Origin: Octopus bimaculoides
Lineage: Eukaryota
DNA length: 64,000 bases
Assembly (NCBI RefSeq): GCF_001194135.2
Contig: NC_068988.1
Coordinates: 95,973,740-96,037,739, forward strand
Reading direction: 5' to 3'
Shown: in pieces, positions 25,467-38,155 of the stretch
Numbering within the stretch: position 1 is the first letter of the stretch
Layout: every line of letters starts with the position of its first letter
Program-made: the position numbers and the translations under genes
Notes under the pieces: generated by a model
Database searches by the model: none
The model's input: the letters and a program-made list of their open reading frames with translations, nothing else
What the model was told of the DNA's origin: nothing

Positions 25467-25660
25467 GGAGAATATACGAAGAAACAACAACAGACGAGGA
25501 CAGGTGGTGTAAATAACAAAAGGATGTATTAGTATGACGCTCGGGAATACGGAAAGTCTTTGACGTTTCGAGCTACGCTCTTCAACAGAAAGAATACGGA
25601 GACAAGGAGAAAAACACGGAGAAAAAAAATTGAATAGTGTTCAGTCAACGGTCAATCATA
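25467..25660 (-). mobile_element. Penelope-like element terminal fragment embedded in (TA)n
   Basis: Carries a minimal hammerhead motif (25557-25593) of the type associated with Penelope-like element termini, flanked by TA repeats. Confidence 0.55.
25557..25593 (-). ncRNA. Minimal type-I hammerhead ribozyme-like motif, CUGUUGA core variant
   Basis: Minus: UCUUU CUGUUGA A GAGC GUA GCUC GAAAC GUC AAAGA. Stem I UCUUU/AAAGA, stem II GAGC/GCUC, palindromic ACGU stem III, GUC cleavage triplet. Confidence 0.6.
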
Positions 25661-26561
25661 ATAATATATATATATGTCAGTAAATAGTGGGGTTGTATAT
25701 ATATAGGAAATCATGAAAACATGGAATATATATATAGGAAATCGTGATAAGCACAAGTTTATGTATTTAAAAAGGTCGCCATATTTGTTTAGTTTTCGTG
25801 TTCGACTCTAAAAACTAGAACCGGCGTCTTTAATTGTTATCCTCGCTCACACCTTTAGGACAGACACGGACGAAACAACTTCCCAATTTTGTTTCCTGAA
25901 GTTTCATGGCCTTTATCGGTTAAGAATTATTATTCGCTTTTGTATTGTTATCAATGGCTTCGTCTTCCTGTCTATAGACAGTAGCTTTATTCTAGCTCCT
26001 TCCCTCTCCTCCATTCGACCCCTTCTCGTTTGTCACTAAATAAATATTGTTACAGGGGCTTTGGAAAGCGTAACGACGCCATGTCCACCGCCCACCTCAG
26101 GCCTTCGCTTTGTTCTCAGACGTTGGGGGAGCAAAATGAAAATGTACTTTATATATATGCACGTGCACGCTACACACATCACCAAGCACACGCATACAGA
26201 AGCTGATAGTTTTACTCCGATGCCACATAATCACTCGAAATAACATTGAACTAATTAGAGACAGCGAATAACTAGGCTTATGTCGCCCGCAGCCCAGTAA
26301 TGGCCCCACCGATGTGTTTGCTCTTTTCATAAAGGTTTTTCAAATTTAATGTATTCGTGAGCCATTCTACGATTGATGGCTTTCAGATAGCCTTTTGTGT
26401 CTTGATTAGTTGGATTTTTACTTGCACTATATATATTACCAGTGATACATCTACATGTATGATGTGATATATATATGCATACATATGGGCAATTATATAT
26501 ACTAGCAGAAAGACCGCCCTCCTTAGTAAATATTTGGTTCAGTAATTTATTGTAGTGGTAG

Positions 26562-26728
26562 AAGGCAAGTCGAACAAAATGCCTAGCGGCATTTTTTCCG
26601 GCACATTACTTTCTGACTTTTACCTTCCTTCATTTCGGGGTCAATAAAATAAGTACCAGTCGAGTACTGAGGTCCGTGTAATCGGCTACCCCTGCCCCTA
26701 AAATTTCAACTCTTTTACTTATAATAGA
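26562..26728 (+). mobile_element. SINE family A
   Basis: CCTTCCTTCATTTCGGGGTCAATAAAATAAGTACCAGTCGAGTACTGAGG central domain. Confidence 0.75.
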
Positions 26729-26949
26729 AAAAAATGTTTTGATCGGCAGAATTTAGAAGAGTGGGTCACGGGTCAAGAGTTCTGTGCATGGAATTGATCA
26801 AAGCATTTGACATGTGCTGTGCATGAAACTGTCGGCTCTTGAGTCACTTCTGTAACTTCTGCCGATTATATATATATATACACGCATATACATTTACGTG
26901 TGCGCGTTTGTCCAACCTGTGCCACCATGGAATACGAATGCTAAATGAT

Positions 26950-27163
26950 AATCCTTTCTTCTGGAAGCACAAGGCCTCAGATTTGGGGGAAGAGATTAAG
27001 TCGATTACATCGACCCAGTGCGTAACTGGTACTTATTCAATCGACCTCGAAAGGATGAAAAGCAAAGCCGACCTCGGCGGAATTTGAACTCAGAACGTAG
27101 CAGCAGACGAAATACCGCTAAGCATTTCGCCCAGTGTGTTAACGATTCTGCCAGCTCGCCACC
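26950..27163 (-). mobile_element. SINE family A, near full length, low divergence
   Basis: Minus GGTGGCGAGCTGGCAGAATCGTTAACAC...GAGTTCAAATTCCGCCGAGGTCGGCTTTGCTTTTCATCCTTTCGAGGTCGA. Confidence 0.9.
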
Positions 27164-27494
27164 TTGAATGCAAAATGATGATACAGAAGCAATGAAACTG
27201 TTTCTTAATGTATTTCTATGCAAGTACTTGTAGGCCATAAGCACTCACAAGTACCAGGCAAGTTCTTAAATGTAATGACGTCAATAGTTTATTTTATTTT
27301 TATTTTATTTCTTTTCATTTCATTTTAAAATTTGAAGACTTCCTATACCTGCAATATAAATAAAGAACAACTCCTTCATAACTTCTGACTCACATTTAGA
27401 ACCACAAAATTCTACCTTTATTAAAAGTTCACTGAATGGAATTAGTTATCGGCTGCGAAGACGACTAAAGTTTCGTGCAGAAATCTTGTTTAAA

Positions 27495-27650
27495 GTCCAA
27501 GTAAGGCTTGATCGAGCAGTCCCTGTGATCAAAAGCCTTCCAGTCGTAACCAACCATTGCTTTTTATGCACAAAGGATTACATTATCTAATGTGTCCTTT
27601 ACTAGGGAGATTTGGTTAGTGTTTCTAGCAGATTAAATAACACTGTAGTG
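27495..27650 (-). mobile_element. Repeat family D
   Basis: AGGGAGATTTGGTTAGTGTTTCTAGCAGATTAAATAAC plus the GATCGAGCAG..TGATCAAAAG segment. Confidence 0.65.
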
Positions 27651-28284
27651 TCAGGCTTTGTGCAATGAAGGGTGGAGATTATTGGCACTTTGGTTTTACT
27701 AAGGAGAAAAAATTGACTCGAATTTTGTTTTCATTTTCTGACACTGACTAGCAAAATTTATAGGAGGATGGGACAGACTGCTCTGATGTTCGTACATTGG
27801 TGACTAGATGAGACAATTGCATTTGCAAAAAAAAGTATCTTGGTCACAGAAGCTATGTCACGTCCAGAACGAAAAAAACACTGATTTCTCTTCACTTGGT
27901 ACTGGACTAAATTGCATGACTCGAGTCACTGTTTACAGTATAAAAGAGATTGCTTTGCAGGTGAGGTGTGCAAGTTGATTGAATTGATAAATCAGTGTAT
28001 CAATTAGTTGAACCGTCAACGTTGAAGGAATGAAAGATCCCTGCTGAGCCAGGCTTGATTTTAAATTCAGAGATGTCTGGTTACTTGCTTTATTTTAAAG
28101 CATTATTTAAATTAAACTCGATCATCTGTTTAAGTATCCGCGAAGACAGAGAAATAGGAAACAAAAAATATATATGAACAAATTATGTTTGTTTTTATTG
28201 AAAGAAAAAACAAACTGAATAAATTTCATCCTCTTTCAATAACCATCCTAATACCTGAAAATGGCGGAGTAACAAGAGAACTCA

Positions 28285-28470
28285 TTGCACGGTCGCTTGA
28301 CTTGCTTGATATTGCCACAAAATCTTCTTTAAACCACACCCTTACAGTATATAAAAAAGACATATCGGACAGTGTAGTCCCCGGCATATTGTGCCAAAAT
28401 AAAAATAATAAAAAACGGAATGGAGGAGCAGTCCCAGCTGGAATGCTTTTAATTAACAATCTGAAAACTC
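28285..28470 (+). mobile_element. Repeat family D
   Basis: TTGCTTGATATTGCCACAAAATCTTCTTTAAACCACACCC...CAGCTGGAATGCTTTT. Confidence 0.6.
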
Positions 28471-31400
28471 TTTCAAATGAAGTTTCTTATGTCTTGGCAA
28501 GGAGCAGCCAGATTTGAGACATGCCAGTGATATTTTCTTATATCATTAAGTTATTTATTTTTCTTGAGCAGAGGATGTTTTATAACTTGACGATATTACA
28601 GTTAACATCCTGTTTGTTTAACGACATTTCATCTCTCTGACAAGTTTCTCCCATCTTCTTTCCCCATTTCCTTCTTCCAGCTGTTCCCCCCTCTCTCTCT
28701 CCATCTGTTTTTACTCCATTCAAACCATCCCCTTTTCCCTCTGACCCCTGCTGTTATTTGTATGTTTTAAAAGCAACCACACTAACGGTCCTCTTTTTGC
28801 TATGGTCGACTAAGAAACCTTTTAGATAATATTTATGTAAAATTACTTCTCCATTTAAAGCTCATTCTATGACGTAATCTGTTATATTTGGATTTTTAAA
28901 AACTGTTGATAAAGTTATAGAGATAGTGAAGAAGCCGTTGCAATAATATAGTAACTATAGGTTTAAAATAACCATAGTTTTAGCCATGTTGAACAACGCA
29001 TGTGGTTTTCTAACACCATCCCTACTCATTCAAAATAAATCATTCTTGTAAGAGTTCAATAGCGCAAGCTAATGACAAAGTGGTCTTCAAAATAAAAAGA
29101 TCACAAAAAAAAAAAACCCCACCCTTTTAATTTATTTTTTCTACGCAAAGCCTCGTTTTCGGCTACGGAGAATACGAATCTGCAAAAAACAATTGACGNN
29201 NNNNNNNNNNNNNNNNNNNNNNNNNNNNNNNNNNNNNNNNNNNNNNNNNNNNNNNNNNNNNNNNNNNNNNNNNNNNNNNNNNNNNNNNNNNNNNNNNNNN
29301 NNNNNNNNNNNNNNNNNNNNNNNNNNNNNNNNNNNNNNNNNNNNNNNNNNNNNNNNNNNNNNNNNNNNNNNNNNNNNNNNNNNNNNNNNNNNNNNNNNNN
29401 NNNNNNNNNNNNNNNNNNNNNNNNNNNNNNNNNNNNNNNNNNNNNNNNNNNNNNNNNNNNNNNNNNNNNNNNNNNNNNNNNNNNNNNNNNNNNNNNNNNN
29501 NNNNNNNNNNNNNNNNNNNNNNNNNNNNNNNNNNNNNNNNNNNNNNNNNNNNNNNNNNNNNNNNNNNNNNNNNNNNNNNNNNNNNNNNNNNNNNNNNNNN
29601 NNNNNNNNNNNNNNNNNNNNNNNNNNNNNNNNNNNNNNNNNNNNNTTCCAATGTGTTTATCGAGAGGACAAATAAACGCGAAGGGTGATCGTAGAATGTG
29701 CTAGAAACAACAGCCAAATCTCCCTTAAATCACTCGGCTTTTCCTCTGAAAATATTTACGCTTTTTTTTTATTTTTTTAAGCCGAAATGGCTTCTCCCAT
29801 TGTTTTTAAGTGCGTTGTGCTAAAACAATTGGCATCAGATATTGATGTATGGACACAGGTAAAGGGTTAAGCAAACTTCAAAAAGATTTTCGAAAGAAAA
29901 TGAAAATAGTATTGGGTCTTTGATGACAAGAATCTCCTAAATCTAATTTATTCGATAAATGAGACAGTCTTTTAGTATCCTTCATTAATAGACGTGAAGC
30001 AAATGTAATGCGTCAAAGTAATAGGTCAAAGTCCCTTCAACCTAATTATTGTATTTAATTCATTACTAAGAAGAGAAACATTTGTCATTTACTAGATCGG
30101 AAGAGCGTCGNNNNNNNNNNNNNNNNNNNNNNNNNNNNNNNNNNNNNNNNNNNNNNNNNNNNNNNNNNNNNNNNNNNNNNNNNNNNNNNNNNNNNNNNNN
30201 NNNNNNNNNNNNNNNNNNNNNNNNNNNNNNNNNNNNNNNNNNNNNNNNNNNNNNNNNNNNNNNNNNNNNNNNNNNNNNNNNNNNNNNNNNNNNNNNNNNN
30301 NNNNNNNNNNNNNNNNNNNNNNNNNNNNNNNNNNNNNNNNNNNNNNNNNNNNNNNNNNNNNNNNNNNNNNNNNNNNNNNNNNNNNNNNNNNNNNNNNNNN
30401 NNNNNNNNNNNNNNNNNNNNNNNNNNNNNNNNNNNNNNNNNNNNNNNNNNNNNNNNNNNNNNNNNNNNNNNNNNNNNNNNNNNNNNNNNNNNNNNNNNNN
30501 NNNNNNNNNNNNNNNNNNNNNNNNNNNNNNNNNNNNNNNNNNNNNNNNNNNNNNNNNNNNNNNNNNNNNNNNNNNTTTGGGGGTCCGAAAAACGGGTTGG
30601 GATGAGGTGGAAGCCTCAGAAATTTCACCCCCACTCCCATTGATCTTTTCACCAAGGAAGGAAAAAATCGGATGTTTTTGGCGTGGAATCAAATACCTTG
30701 ACCTCCTAATATGCTGCAAATCCCTTATTTTTCTGTCGGTGTCTTTTATCAACGTGACATGCAGTTGACCGAACCACACAGCCATGCTTGTTAAAATGAG
30801 CAGCCGGTCATTGAAATCATTTTATGATAGTTAAAAAGATAAAAATTAATGAGCCTAGACAAACTAGGCCGGAGATAAGCAGATTTGATCTTTGAGTGAA
30901 ACGATCGTCAGAGAATAAAGAATGCTAGATAAGAACACAAATATATATTTTATTTTGACAAAAACAGCTGAGTAAAGAATTTGTTTGTTTGGAATCTTCT
31001 ATAAGTAACCGCCTTAAAAACAAACAATCAAGCCACATCAATATGTACTCTGCCCATTGGACATGCTAACAAATAAGTGCTTGCCCATGCTGGAGCTGGG
31101 CAACCAATTATTTAGAATCTCTTAACGGCTGATATTTACTGGTTGTGGTTAAGAAGTTTGTTTCTAAAACCGTTTAAGGTTCCTTCCCACAGCATGGACA
31201 TGGTTGGCTTGTCTTCTGATTTAACAACGGGTTGACCAATGCCTTGTAAATAAAATTTGGTACATAGACAGTAGATGAAGCACATGTTGTTTGTATATGT
31301 ATATACATGTATCTATGTATATATAGATATACGTGTTAGTGTGTTCTCTTAGTCCTGATACAAGTGCATTAATTGTAAACAAAAATGTTATAATCATTTG

Positions 31401-31909
31401 AAAAAGCATGTCCAGCCATTGAACTGTTCATTACTTGAAGAATTAAGGAAAATATCTTAAAAACAAGTGAAGGTTGACAACAAGAGAACAGTCTACCACA
31501 ACCAGTTTTGTCTGACCTCTGGAATTGTGGATGTTAAAAGACTGATGATGTAACTAGTTGGTGGTGTAGATATGAATACGAAAACAGCAAATAATTCGTA
31601 GGATATATATTAAAATCATGTGAAAAGCAGGTGTGACACGAAAGACATTTGAATTCTCTGCTTTGATTGTTTTGTACCAGAAGTAACATGAATATTATTT
31701 TTTTTCTGTTGTTTGTCATTTTTCCCAACATTAAAACATAATTAAGTTAGGCATGGGGAATATTTTACGTTAGGTTGACTGACATTACAGGAATAACTTG
31801 ACTTTTAATAAATCCATGATATCAAGCCGATTCATTAAATTCAGATTAAGAATATTAAGGTTAAGGTCTGTATAATAACAACAAGCAGAAATATATATAT
31901 ATATATATA

Positions 31910-32020
31910 GGTGCATGAGTAGCTGTGTGGTAAGAAGCCTGCTTCACGACTATATGGCTCCAGATTCAGTCCCACTGTGTGACACCTTGGGCAAGTGTCT
32001 TCTCCTAAAGCCTCAAGCCA
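31910..32020 (+). mobile_element. SINE family B head, followed by a family-C tail fragment (32021-32062, minus)
   Basis: GTAGCTGTGTGGTAAGAAGCCTGC...CAGTCCCACTGTGTGACACCTTGGGCAAGTGTCTTC. Confidence 0.8.
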
Positions 32021-32254
32021 CATCATCATTTAATGTCCATTTTCCATGCTGGCATGGGTTGGACTTTCCATTTGAGAATTTTACAAGTTATATTCTGAGT
32101 TGATAAATCAAGAGGTTGGCTCTTATACTTCAACCACCAGGAGTGTGTCTGTAGCCAAAACACTTACAATTTTCAAATGGCCCCTGTCCACTTCCCTGTA
32201 AATAAACTAGTTCTGAGTGAGATTGACTTGGAACTGTAACTTGCACCAGTCCTG

Positions 32255-32395
32255 TTGTTGTTGTTGTTTAACCCAGATCTTGACCATTTTATCTTTTCAA
32301 ACATCTAAGTCTATATTTTCCAATGTGACCGTCTTTGAGGGAGATTTGGATATTGTTTCTATCTGGCCAAGTTGAAGCTCTTTTGTTGGTTCATT
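32255..32395 (-). mobile_element. Repeat family D with (TTG)n tail
   Basis: TTGTTGTTGTTTAACCCAGATC...TTTGAGGGAGATTTGG. Confidence 0.6.
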
Positions 32396-33162
32396 TTTAT
32401 AGTAATACCACTGTATAATGGACTAGAGTTTTGTTAGCTTTCTGTCCTCTGAGAATTTCTTAGAGAAGATGGACTTTCTGGAGGTGATATGCCCTGATAA
32501 CACTGCATGACTACGAGGTCTTTTTTAGTACATGTATGACCTAAGTGTTCATAGCACTCCTGCTAAATTACATTATCATGTTGATAAAAAAGAAATTTAG
32601 AAATATTATCACGTGCTGGGTCTAGACTCCATGCTTGGCTTGTGGTTTGTATAAGAAAAGTTTTCCTGTCTCTGCTAGTGATGTGTGAAGACTGAAAAGA
32701 TGCAAACATCTGTAGAAATAATAAAAAATGAAACGTGGAGGAGGAGGAGGTGGTGGTGGTGGTAAGGACCAAGATCTTGCCCTATTTTCAGGAAGTCATC
32801 TAAAATCTTTACTGAGCCAACCATTAGAATATATGTGAACAAGCTATCCAGCACATATGCATAAATGATTACAAGCACTGAAAGCTTGTGATCAAGCAGT
32901 TCCGTCTCTCCCAATCTATCATATACATATGTGTGTGTATATATATGTGTGTATATATATCCCTTTCACTGTACTCCTCCTCCCCCCTCCCTCACATAAT
33001 GATTCGGATGATCAGTCTGTAACATGGGGTGAAAGAGAAAATGGATATTGACACAATTCTTATGAATTGCGAAGAGCTATTGTTGTTGTTTATGTTATTA
33101 GCATGTCATACTTGGACAATTTTAGTCAAACAAATCAACTCCAGTGCTTGTTATTTAGTTTT

Positions 33163-33256
33163 TGTAAAGCCTGGTACTTATTCTATCAGTCTCTTTTGCT
33201 GAACCTCTAAGTCATAGGGCCATATATATACACCAACACTGGTTGTCAAGTAGTGG
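33163..33256 (-). mobile_element. SINE family B 3' fragment
   Basis: TTTGTAAAGCCTGGTACTTATTCTATCAGTCTCTTTTGCTGAACC. Confidence 0.7.
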
Positions 33257-33545
33257 TGACTTTGCCTTTCAGTCTTTCAAGGGAGCCCATCTTCTCATTG
33301 AATAATTCTGAAAGTGAACAAATATTTCATGGACACTTTGTAGTCTTACACTATGCATGTCAAGGCTGACTTTTTGAAATTTAAGAAAAGTCCGTCATGC
33401 ATGGTTTCCATGTTTCCAGTTTCATTTACAAGACTTTGATTGATCGAAGGCTATTTTCGTAACCTGCTTGCCCAGTGTACCATGCTGTTGTATGAAATTC
33501 GAAGCCTCTTCATTACAAAACCCAATTCTTAAACATTGGGCCATG

Positions 33546-33601
<56 letters not shown>

Positions 33602-33918
33602 ACTACAGAAGCCAATGCAATGTCGGTTTCTTCCACGTCGTAGTTGTGTGCATTGCGATGCAGGTGGGCAGTGGATAAGAATAGGATATCGCAACTGAAA
33701 AATATGCAGGTATTTGTTATCTGACCATCAACTTCTCAATTTCATATCCATTTTCATGTTTTGTTTGTTTGTTTTTTATTGTCATATCAGATAATTTTGC
33801 TTTATTGAGCTGGAAAATAGTTTCGTTATCTTCGAAGAGGAAATTACTTGGATGGATTTTATTATCATCAGTTCCATACCACAGACACTGGAAATAAACA
33901 CATACTTACGTACATCAC

Positions 33919-33968
<50 letters not shown>

Positions 33969-34239
33969 TTCTCTCAATAAACTGCTCTATGCACCCATAC
34001 TCTCCTTGTCTTGTCTTCAAGCTTAGGAAAAACTGATACCCTCTTATCTGCCTGTCAGTTTTCCTGTTTAAATGTACTTAGGTATGAAGAAATTGCCTTC
34101 ATTCCACAAAGATAAGCGCACACAATACCCATTCACTGTTGCTGTTTAATTGCAGGTCAGTCTTCATCAAGAAGACTTGTACTTAAAACCATTCCAGTTG
34201 TAACCATTCAGCCTCTTTTTTTTTTCCCAAAGGCTATGT

Positions 34240-34405
34240 GCCAGTGATATGTAAAAGGCACCCAGTACACTCTATGGAGTTGTTGGCTTTAGGAAGGGCA
34301 TCCAGCTATAGAAACCAAGCCAAAACAGACTGGAGCCTAGTTCAGCTCTCCAACTTACCGGCCCTCATCAAACTGTGAAAAATGGATGCTAAATGATGAT
34401 GATGG
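34240..34405 (+). mobile_element. Family C (RTE-type 3' tail)
   Basis: GGCACCCAGTACACTC...TTAGGAAGGGCATCCAGCTATAGAAACC, ending GATGATGATG. Confidence 0.75.
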
Positions 34406-34515
34406 GTACATTGTCAAATGTGTCCTTCCCTTTTTAAGATGGTAGGGTGTAATTTTAGGTTGATTTCACTGCTGTTTCTAGCAGATTAAGGAACCATGTG
34501 GACATTCTCTTATCA
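34406..34515 (-). mobile_element. Repeat family D fragment
   Basis: TTTTAAGATGGTAGGGTGTAATTT...GCTGTTTCTAGCAG. Confidence 0.6.
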
Positions 34516-35430
34516 GTTTGTACACAGTTCACAGTTTTGACTCAAGTTTTATATTAATTGGATCAAAGAAATATAAAAAGGGAATTGAATGGTGAAGCAC
34601 ACACGCACGCGCGCGCGCGACATCTAGCTATGCCAAATGAAAACAGCGATTTTCTTTGTTGTTGTACGCACCAGATGACAAAGGAGGTTTGCTGATTTGA
34701 GACTTATGCAAACCTAAGAAAAAAAGGGACGTAAAATAAATGATACAAAACAAAACAAAAAAAAAACGAAAACCGTTTTAAGACCTCTTTTTCTTCATTT
34801 CTCACTGTTTATGGAACAGTAAACAACAAGTCACCCAATTTTCTGTGTGAATTTTTTTTTTTTTAAAGAATTCTGACTCAACAACAAAGTTACTTTTTCA
34901 ACAACCATGANNNNNNNNNNNNNNNNNNNNNNNNNNNNNNNNNNNNNNNNNNNNNNNNNNNNNNNNNNNNNNNNNNNNNNNNNNNNNNNNNNNNNNNNNN
35001 NNNNNNNNNNNNNNNNNNNNNNNNNNNNNNNNNNNNNNNNNNNNNNNNNNNNNNNNNNNNNNNNNNNNNNNNNNNNNNNNNNNNNNNNNNNNNNNNNNNN
35101 NNNNNNNNNNNNNNNNNNNNNNNNNNNNNNNNNNNNNNNNNNNNNNNNNNNNNNNNNNNNNNNNNNNNNNNNNNNNNNNNNNNNNNNNNNNNNNNNNNNN
35201 NNNNNNNNNNNNNNNNNNNNNNNNNNNNNNNNNNNNNNNNNNNNNNNNNNNNNNNNNNNNNNNNNNNNNNNNNNNNNNNNNNNNNNNNNNNNNNNNNNNN
35301 NNNNNNNNNNNNNNNNNNNNNNNNNNNNNNNNNNNNNNNNNNNNNNNNNNNNNNNNNNNNNNNNNNNNNNNNNNNNNNNNNNNNNNNNNNNNNNNNNNNN
35401 NNNNNNNNNNNNNNNNNNNNNNNNNNNNNN

Positions 35431-35645
35431 ATATCATCATCATCATCATCACCATTGTTTAATGTCTGCTTTCCATGCTAGCATGGGTTGGATGATTTGA
35501 CTGGGGACTGACGAAGTGGATGGCTACACCAGGCTCCAATCTGATCTGGCAGAGTTTCTACAGCTGGATGCCTTTCCTATCGCCAACCACTCCGAGAATG
35601 TAGTGGGTGCTTTTTACGTGCCACCGGCACGAGGGCCAGTCCGTT
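35431..35645 (-). mobile_element. Family C (RTE-type 3' tail)
   Basis: (CAT)n then TTTAATGTCTGCTTTCCATGCTAGCATGGGTTGG, as in the copy at 37948. Confidence 0.85.
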
Positions 35646-35804
35646 GATACTGAGTGAGAGAGACCACATTCAGTATGCAGAAAAGGAGTAGATAGAAATT
35701 TATATACGATCTGTGGGGGGGTCACAAAAGGTGCACCGCACCTCAGAGGTATAATGAATGGAGACTTCAGGGTAGATGCACAAGAATAACTGAAACCATG
35801 CCAA

Positions 35805-36005
35805 AGCAGACCTCTCTGGTGCTGGTGCCACATAAAAGGCACCCAGTCCACACCCTGTAAAGTGGTTGTCATTAGGAAGAGCAATCTGCTGTGAAAACCA
35901 TGCCAAACCAAACTATAGAACCTGATGTGGATCCTGTTCTTGCCAACTCCTGGCAAACCATCCAACCATGGCAATATGGAAAACAGATGTTAATTGATGA
36001 TGAGG
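35805..36005 (+). mobile_element. Family C (RTE-type 3' tail), divergent
   Basis: GGTGCCACATAAAAGGCACCCAG...CCATCCAACCATGGCAATATGGAAAACAGATGTTAATTGATGATG. Confidence 0.75.
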
Positions 36006-36391
36006 ATGAATTCTATACACACACACGCACAGATATACTGGCCTTGTAATTTTTATAAAAAATCCTTCCACAATTCTGTTTATCCATCCATCCTTAATTA
36101 TCCATCCAACCACTTCTCTGCCGCATATTTCACTGATATGTAAATATCTGCAAATGTAGATGTTGGCATTCTCAAACCTTGTGAAATATAAGAGCTATGA
36201 AATAATTGTTTTTTTTTTTTTCTTCTTCATATGACAAATCCTCAATTAACCAATTTTGGGTGTGGGTCAGTTAACAATGTATATTTCCTTCTATTTTTAT
36301 GTTAACAGTAGAGTAAATAGATGATAATTAACAGAATTAAAGAACTTAACAGCTTTATACTTGTTTGAGAATTGTGTTTTGTTCATTCCAA

Positions 36392-36442
<51 letters not shown>

Positions 36443-37947
36443 ATTTAATGGGTACTGAAATTGTCCTGTAGTCCTTAATACATTATTCTGCCACCACCCC
36501 CAAACACTTTGAGCCAGATCAAGTCAGCCTGGCTTTGGTTTCTCAAATGCCAAGCTATTGGCTGTAATCATAAGTCACAACCATAAAAGATAACTGAAAT
36601 GGTTCAACTGCAAAACAATTTTTTTGTCATTTGCTAGTCTCTCCAGAAGCTGACCACCACCACTCCACGGTGCTTAAACTGAAGTAGTCTCATAGCTATG
36701 TGTCATAAATGGCATCACTTAACATTGCTTTCATGTGGTGGGTCTTAGAGTAAGTCAGCTGAGTGGAAACACTCCTGTCTCTACAAAATTAGATGCACAG
36801 CAGGGGGCAGATTCATCATTGCAAGCTAACGAAAAACTCCTCTAAATTTTGCAGTGTTGTCACTCTGTGCATTGGACGGTCATTCCTACTGAGTAGTAAC
36901 TATTTAACAGTTTCATGGCCACATATACACTGCAGACCAGATACAAAATGATGGCCTCCTAAGTAATGGGAGGGGAGGGTGGCAACGTTAGATCAGACTT
37001 CATGGGTATGAAGAGAATTGTCCAACAAATTTAGTGTTTTTTTTTTTGTCTGAAACATTCAAGAAAGTGACCAACAACCACCAGTAATTGAGTCAAGTTT
37101 AGATGTGTAACAAACCCCTTACAAAAATTTTTTTTAATATTTCACTTACCATTTGTTATTTATAAATTAAGATTTCTTAGATGGTGTATGGAAAGTTGAG
37201 TCAATAAGTGTGTTAGGACCCACTTTGCTATTAAGCTTTCATGCAGCAACCAATATCCCAAGATATTTTCCCTCAGCCATCCTTCTAAGCTTACATACTG
37301 TGGTAAGGTTTCAACTCATTGGAGGCAGAGATTAAATGAAGTTCCAGAAAAACTAGTTCAGATCTGTTTCTTTATGCTCACTGCACTACATCTGAACATT
37401 TTAAATGTTTCCATTCCCGACAAGCAACACGCCAACTAACATTGTCTTCCACTATTCACTCTGTCTTAAGCTAATTTTAGCTTAATTAAGTTGTCTTTTG
37501 TGGGGATTTTTTTGGTTGTTGTTTTTGTTGCTTTTTTTTCCACTTTCCTCACAAGAGAATTCTTTTCAAGGTTTCTCTTGGGAACTCTCTTTTCCTTTTT
37601 CCAGATGTTTCCATATATCCAGCTTTATTTGCTTCTCTCTTTTTTTATTTCTTTTCAAAACCTGAACAACATATTTCCATAATTTCTCCCCAATGGTATG
37701 AGATACTACTTTTCATCACAAACATACTATTAATTTTACTCTTTAAATTCTAAGCTATTAACCTTTTTTCATTTTTCTTTCTTTCCATTTTAAAAAAAAA
37801 GATATTTTCTGTTGTTTTAATTAGCTCAGTCTCTGGTCATCTTTTGTTATTTCATTTTTTAAATATATGACATTTTAGTAGATAGAGTTTGAACACAGAA
37901 CCTTGACCTTCTAAGCCACTCTGTGAGTATAGCTTGCAGTCAGTTTT

Positions 37948-38155
37948 GGTCATCATCATCATCGTTTAACGTCCGCTTTCCATGCTAGCATGGGTTGGAC
38001 GATTTGACTGAGGACTGGTGAACCGGATGGCTACACCAGGCTCCAATCTGATCTTGCAGTGTTTCTACAGCTGGACGCCCTTCCTAACGCCAACCACTCC
38101 GAGAGTGTAGTGGGTGCTTTTATGTGCCACCGGCACGAGGGCCAGTCACGCGGTA
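37948..38155 (-). mobile_element. Family C (RTE-type 3' tail), low divergence
   Basis: CATCATCATCGTTTAACGTCCGCTTTCCATGCTAGCATGGGTTGGACG...CCGGCACGAGGGCCAGTC. Confidence 0.9.

Noticed and set aside
36600-37020. Possible degenerate RTE ORF on minus
   Set aside because: Only a vague GHET-like motif, too weak to call.
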